Shown here: positions 52,141-55,086 of the stretch, piece by piece
Numbering within the stretch: the first letter of the stretch is position 1
Layout of the letters: each line of letters begins with the position of its first letter
Assembly (NCBI RefSeq): GCF_006345805.1
Contig: NW_021833928.1
Location: 1-55,086, forward strand
Origin: Octopus sinensis
Lineage: Eukaryota
Length of the DNA stretch: 55,086 nucleotides
Direction: 5' to 3'
Program-made: the position numbers and the translations under genes
The notes under the pieces: model-generated
The model's database searches: none
Told to the model about the DNA's origin: nothing
The model's input: the letters and a program-made list of their open reading frames with translations, nothing else

Positions 52141-52550
52141 GTGGTGGTGGTGGTGGTGTTCTTAAATCGCGATTGAATAAAGAACTCAATATAAGACAAG
52201 GAGCAAAATATTTATCATAACAACTTCTATAATTTCCTCGAAGTTTCGCCAGAGCTGGTTCATCACAATGCCGTTCGATAAATAGTGATTGGACATATAA
52301 GTAGATATAAGTATAGCTAAAGAGGGTGATGTAAAATTTGATGGAATGGTAGATTATATCTTTTACCTTTTATCTGGAGGGCTTTAGTCGAACGACCCGA
52401 TACCCAGGGCTTAGCTTTTAAAAGCCTACACCGGTTGTCAAGCGGTGGTGGGGGACAAACACAAAGACAAACACACATACACACACTAACTTACACACAT
52501 ACATACATGCATATATACATACCTACATACATACATACATACATACATAC

Positions 52551-52586
<36 letters not shown>

Positions 52587-52647
52587 CATATATATATATA
52601 CATACATACATACATACATATATATATATACATATATATATATATAG

Positions 52648-52850
52648 GGAAGCTTTATGAAAATAAACAAAAGACGAAGGCAGGTGGAAAACAAACGAAC
52701 AATTGTATTAGTATGGCGCTCAGGAAATATAAATAAAACAGTCTTTAACGTTTCGAGCCTACGCTCTTCAACAGAAAGATACACAGAGAAGAAAACACAG
52801 AAAGAAGGAGAGAAAAAAAATGCGTGCAGTAGCGAACTACCGAATATACA
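52648..52850 (-). mobile_element. ~200-bp (TA)n-embedded element with a minimal hammerhead (52742-52779, CUGUUGA variant)
   Basis: Minus strand TCTTT-CTGTTGA-A-GAGC GTAG GCTC-GAA-ACGT-T-AAAGA, with a perfect 5-bp stem I. Confidence 0.7.
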
Positions 52851-53038
52851 TATATATATATATATATTATGTATTTTTATGCTTTGGGAAACCCTAAAAT
52901 TTTCCACCTTATGGTGTTTCTTTATCCAATATTCTACACGCTTTTATTTATAGTGTTATGTGCTTCGAGTTCCATCGTTAAAAACGAATTATGCGTGTGC
53001 GCGAGCGTGTGTGTGTGTGTGCGTCCACGTAGCGCGAG

Positions 53039-53074
<36 letters not shown>

Positions 53075-53557
53075 GATCTATCTAGATTAATTGAGAGGTA
53101 GATATACAACGTTGCTGTATATACAACATAATTCAACATTTGTTTTAGCTTTGAATTTGTATATACACACGCCCGCGAACATATAAATATATACAAACAG
53201 TGTCTATAAACAGACAGTTCTGTCTATGTTACATCCCAATACCCACTCCGAACAGCTCAAACCAGAACACATTCTCGCACAAACACATGCACATGCACAA
53301 ATACTCACACACATACACACACACACACACACCTAATCGTATATATAATAATATATACTATATATATAGATATATACTATATATATATATATAATATTAT
53401 ATATTATATATATATTATGTAGGTATATATATACATACATACATACATACATATATACATACATACATACAACGCACATACATACATACTACATACTACA
53501 TACATACATACATACATACATACATACATACATACGTACGTACGTACATATATATAT

Positions 53558-54955
53558 ATGTCGAGCCAATGTGGCAATAGGCTCTGATCTAAGCTCGAAT
53601 TCACGGCCTCCACATCAGACCGCGGTTGGTGGAGAGAACACCGCTGAGGCCTTTGTCTTGTATGGATTGAACAAAGCAATCAATCCAATCTAATCGTAGA
53701 TTGATCCAGATTTCTCCTGGGTAAGGTTGCAGAGTGGATTAAAAAGGACTGGCAAATTGTCCTGATTAATAAAATTAAAATTCTTAAAAAATTTTTTAAC
53801 TTGTCCAGCGCCATGGCGAAGATGAAGGATTATATGGATGCGAACTTTATTCTGTTTCTCATTAATACAGAAAGGCGAGAGAGAACACATATTTCACTAA
53901 CATTTTAGAACCAAAGTCTTTATCATTTGATCAAAAGATTGATTTTTTGTTGAATATTTTTTGTTCCTTCTCGAGCCATGCCTGACTCATACGGCCGGTT
54001 TCCCGGTTTCATTGGCGTATAGGTTCCCCACCTGGACGGGACGCCGGTCCGTCGCAGGAGGAAAGAGTGAGAGAAAGTTGTGGCGAAAGAGTCAGCAGAA
54101 GTTCGCCATTACCTTCTGCCGGAGCCGCGTGGAGCTTAGGTGTTTCGCTCATAAACACACACATCACTCGGTCTAAGATTCGAGCCCGCGAGCCCTCGAC
54201 GCGAGTCCGCTGCTCTAGCCACTAGACCATGTGCCCCCCACTTTAGTTGAATATACAGTAATCATTAAAGTCAGTATAGAAAAGGTTGAATTGACTGTTT
54301 AGTTTTATTTCACACACGAAATACAAGAATCGACCACAGTAGAGAATAGGAGATTTATTTATCGTCCCCGAATGGACTTCGCTGAGAATTGAACCCAGAA
54401 TTACTGCAAAGTAATCTATCAGACGCGATAACAATTCTGTTAATTGCCTGTCTGACATATGTATGAATGTGATAATGTATTTGTTTGTAGATTTTATATA
54501 TATTTTATATATGCCGTATGAGTCAGGCATGGCTCGAGAAGGAACAAAAAATATTCAACAAAAAATCAATCTTTTGATCAAATGATAAAGACTTTGGTTC
54601 TAAAATGTTAGTGAAATATGTGTTCTCTCTCGCCTTTCTGTATTAATGAGAAACAGAATAAAGTTCGCATCCATATAATCCTTCATCTTCGCCATGGCGC
54701 TGGACAAGTTAAAAAATTTTTTAAGAATTTTAATTTTATTAATCAGGACAATTTGCCAGTCCTTTTTTAATCCACTCTGCAACCTTACCCAGGAGAAATC
54801 TGGATCAATCTACGATTAGATTGGATTTGATTGCTTCTGTTCAATCCATTACAAGACAAAGGCCTCAGCGTGTTCTCTCCACCAACCGCGGTCTGATGTG
54901 GAGGCCGTGAATTCGAGCTTTAGATCAGAGCCTATTTGCCACATTGGCTCGACAT
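53558..54955. repeat. Large inverted duplication: arms 53558-53995 and 54513-54955, ~515-bp spacer
   Basis: ATGTCGAGCCAATGTGGC..CTGACTCATACGGC is mirrored. Differences are mostly single-base indels. Confidence 0.9.
53970..54240 (-). mobile_element. tRNA-derived SINE, family C
   Basis: Minus-strand head GGCACATGGTCTAGTGGCTAGAGCAGCGGACTC..GGCTCGAATC (A and B boxes). Confidence 0.75.
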
Positions 54956-55086
54956 GGCTTGGCAGAGGGGTGCAGTTTGTATACTTTTACTCAAGAGTAG
55001 TTAAGTCGATCACATCGACCCCAGTACTCAACTGGTACTTATTTTAGCAACCTCGAGAGGATGACAGGTAAAGTAGGCTTCGGTGG

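Noticed and set aside
52225-52270. Minus-strand GTGATGA-ACC..GGC-GAAAC
   Set aside because: Needs three core changes, has no NUH triplet and no stem I.
53558-54955. TIR transposon interpretation of the large inverted repeat
   Set aside because: Arms include part of a SINE, there is no target-site duplication, and the spacer has no transposase.

Overview
Eukaryotic, AT-rich, microsatellite-saturated DNA. The tRNA-derived SINE families and (TA)n/(CA)n/(ACAT)n load look like a cephalopod (Octopus-type) genome; this is inferred, not database-checked. Only one protein-coding gene is supported: exon 1 of a MyoR/TCF21/musculin bHLH factor (minus strand, 36565-36858). 12.9-23.7 kb holds a degenerate ~1-kb tandem array of 9 full-length tRNA-Leu genes (6 AAG, 3 TAG) plus 3 pseudogenes. 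The rest is transposon relics (CR1-like, RTE-like and RLE-type LINEs; mariner, Merlin, hAT-like and palindromic MITEs; three SINE families). The most striking signal is 14 type I hammerhead-ribozyme motifs from at least five repeat families. Six lie in two ~552-bp tandem arrays (21-1570 and 9301-11345) that look like retrozyme or Penelope-like pseudo-LTR multimers inserted into (TA)n. Five are minimal dimer-type motifs in ~200-bp elements, and three have unusually long stem II insertions. All folds were read by eye and none has been tested. Nearly all long ORFs in the supplied track are microsatellite translations.
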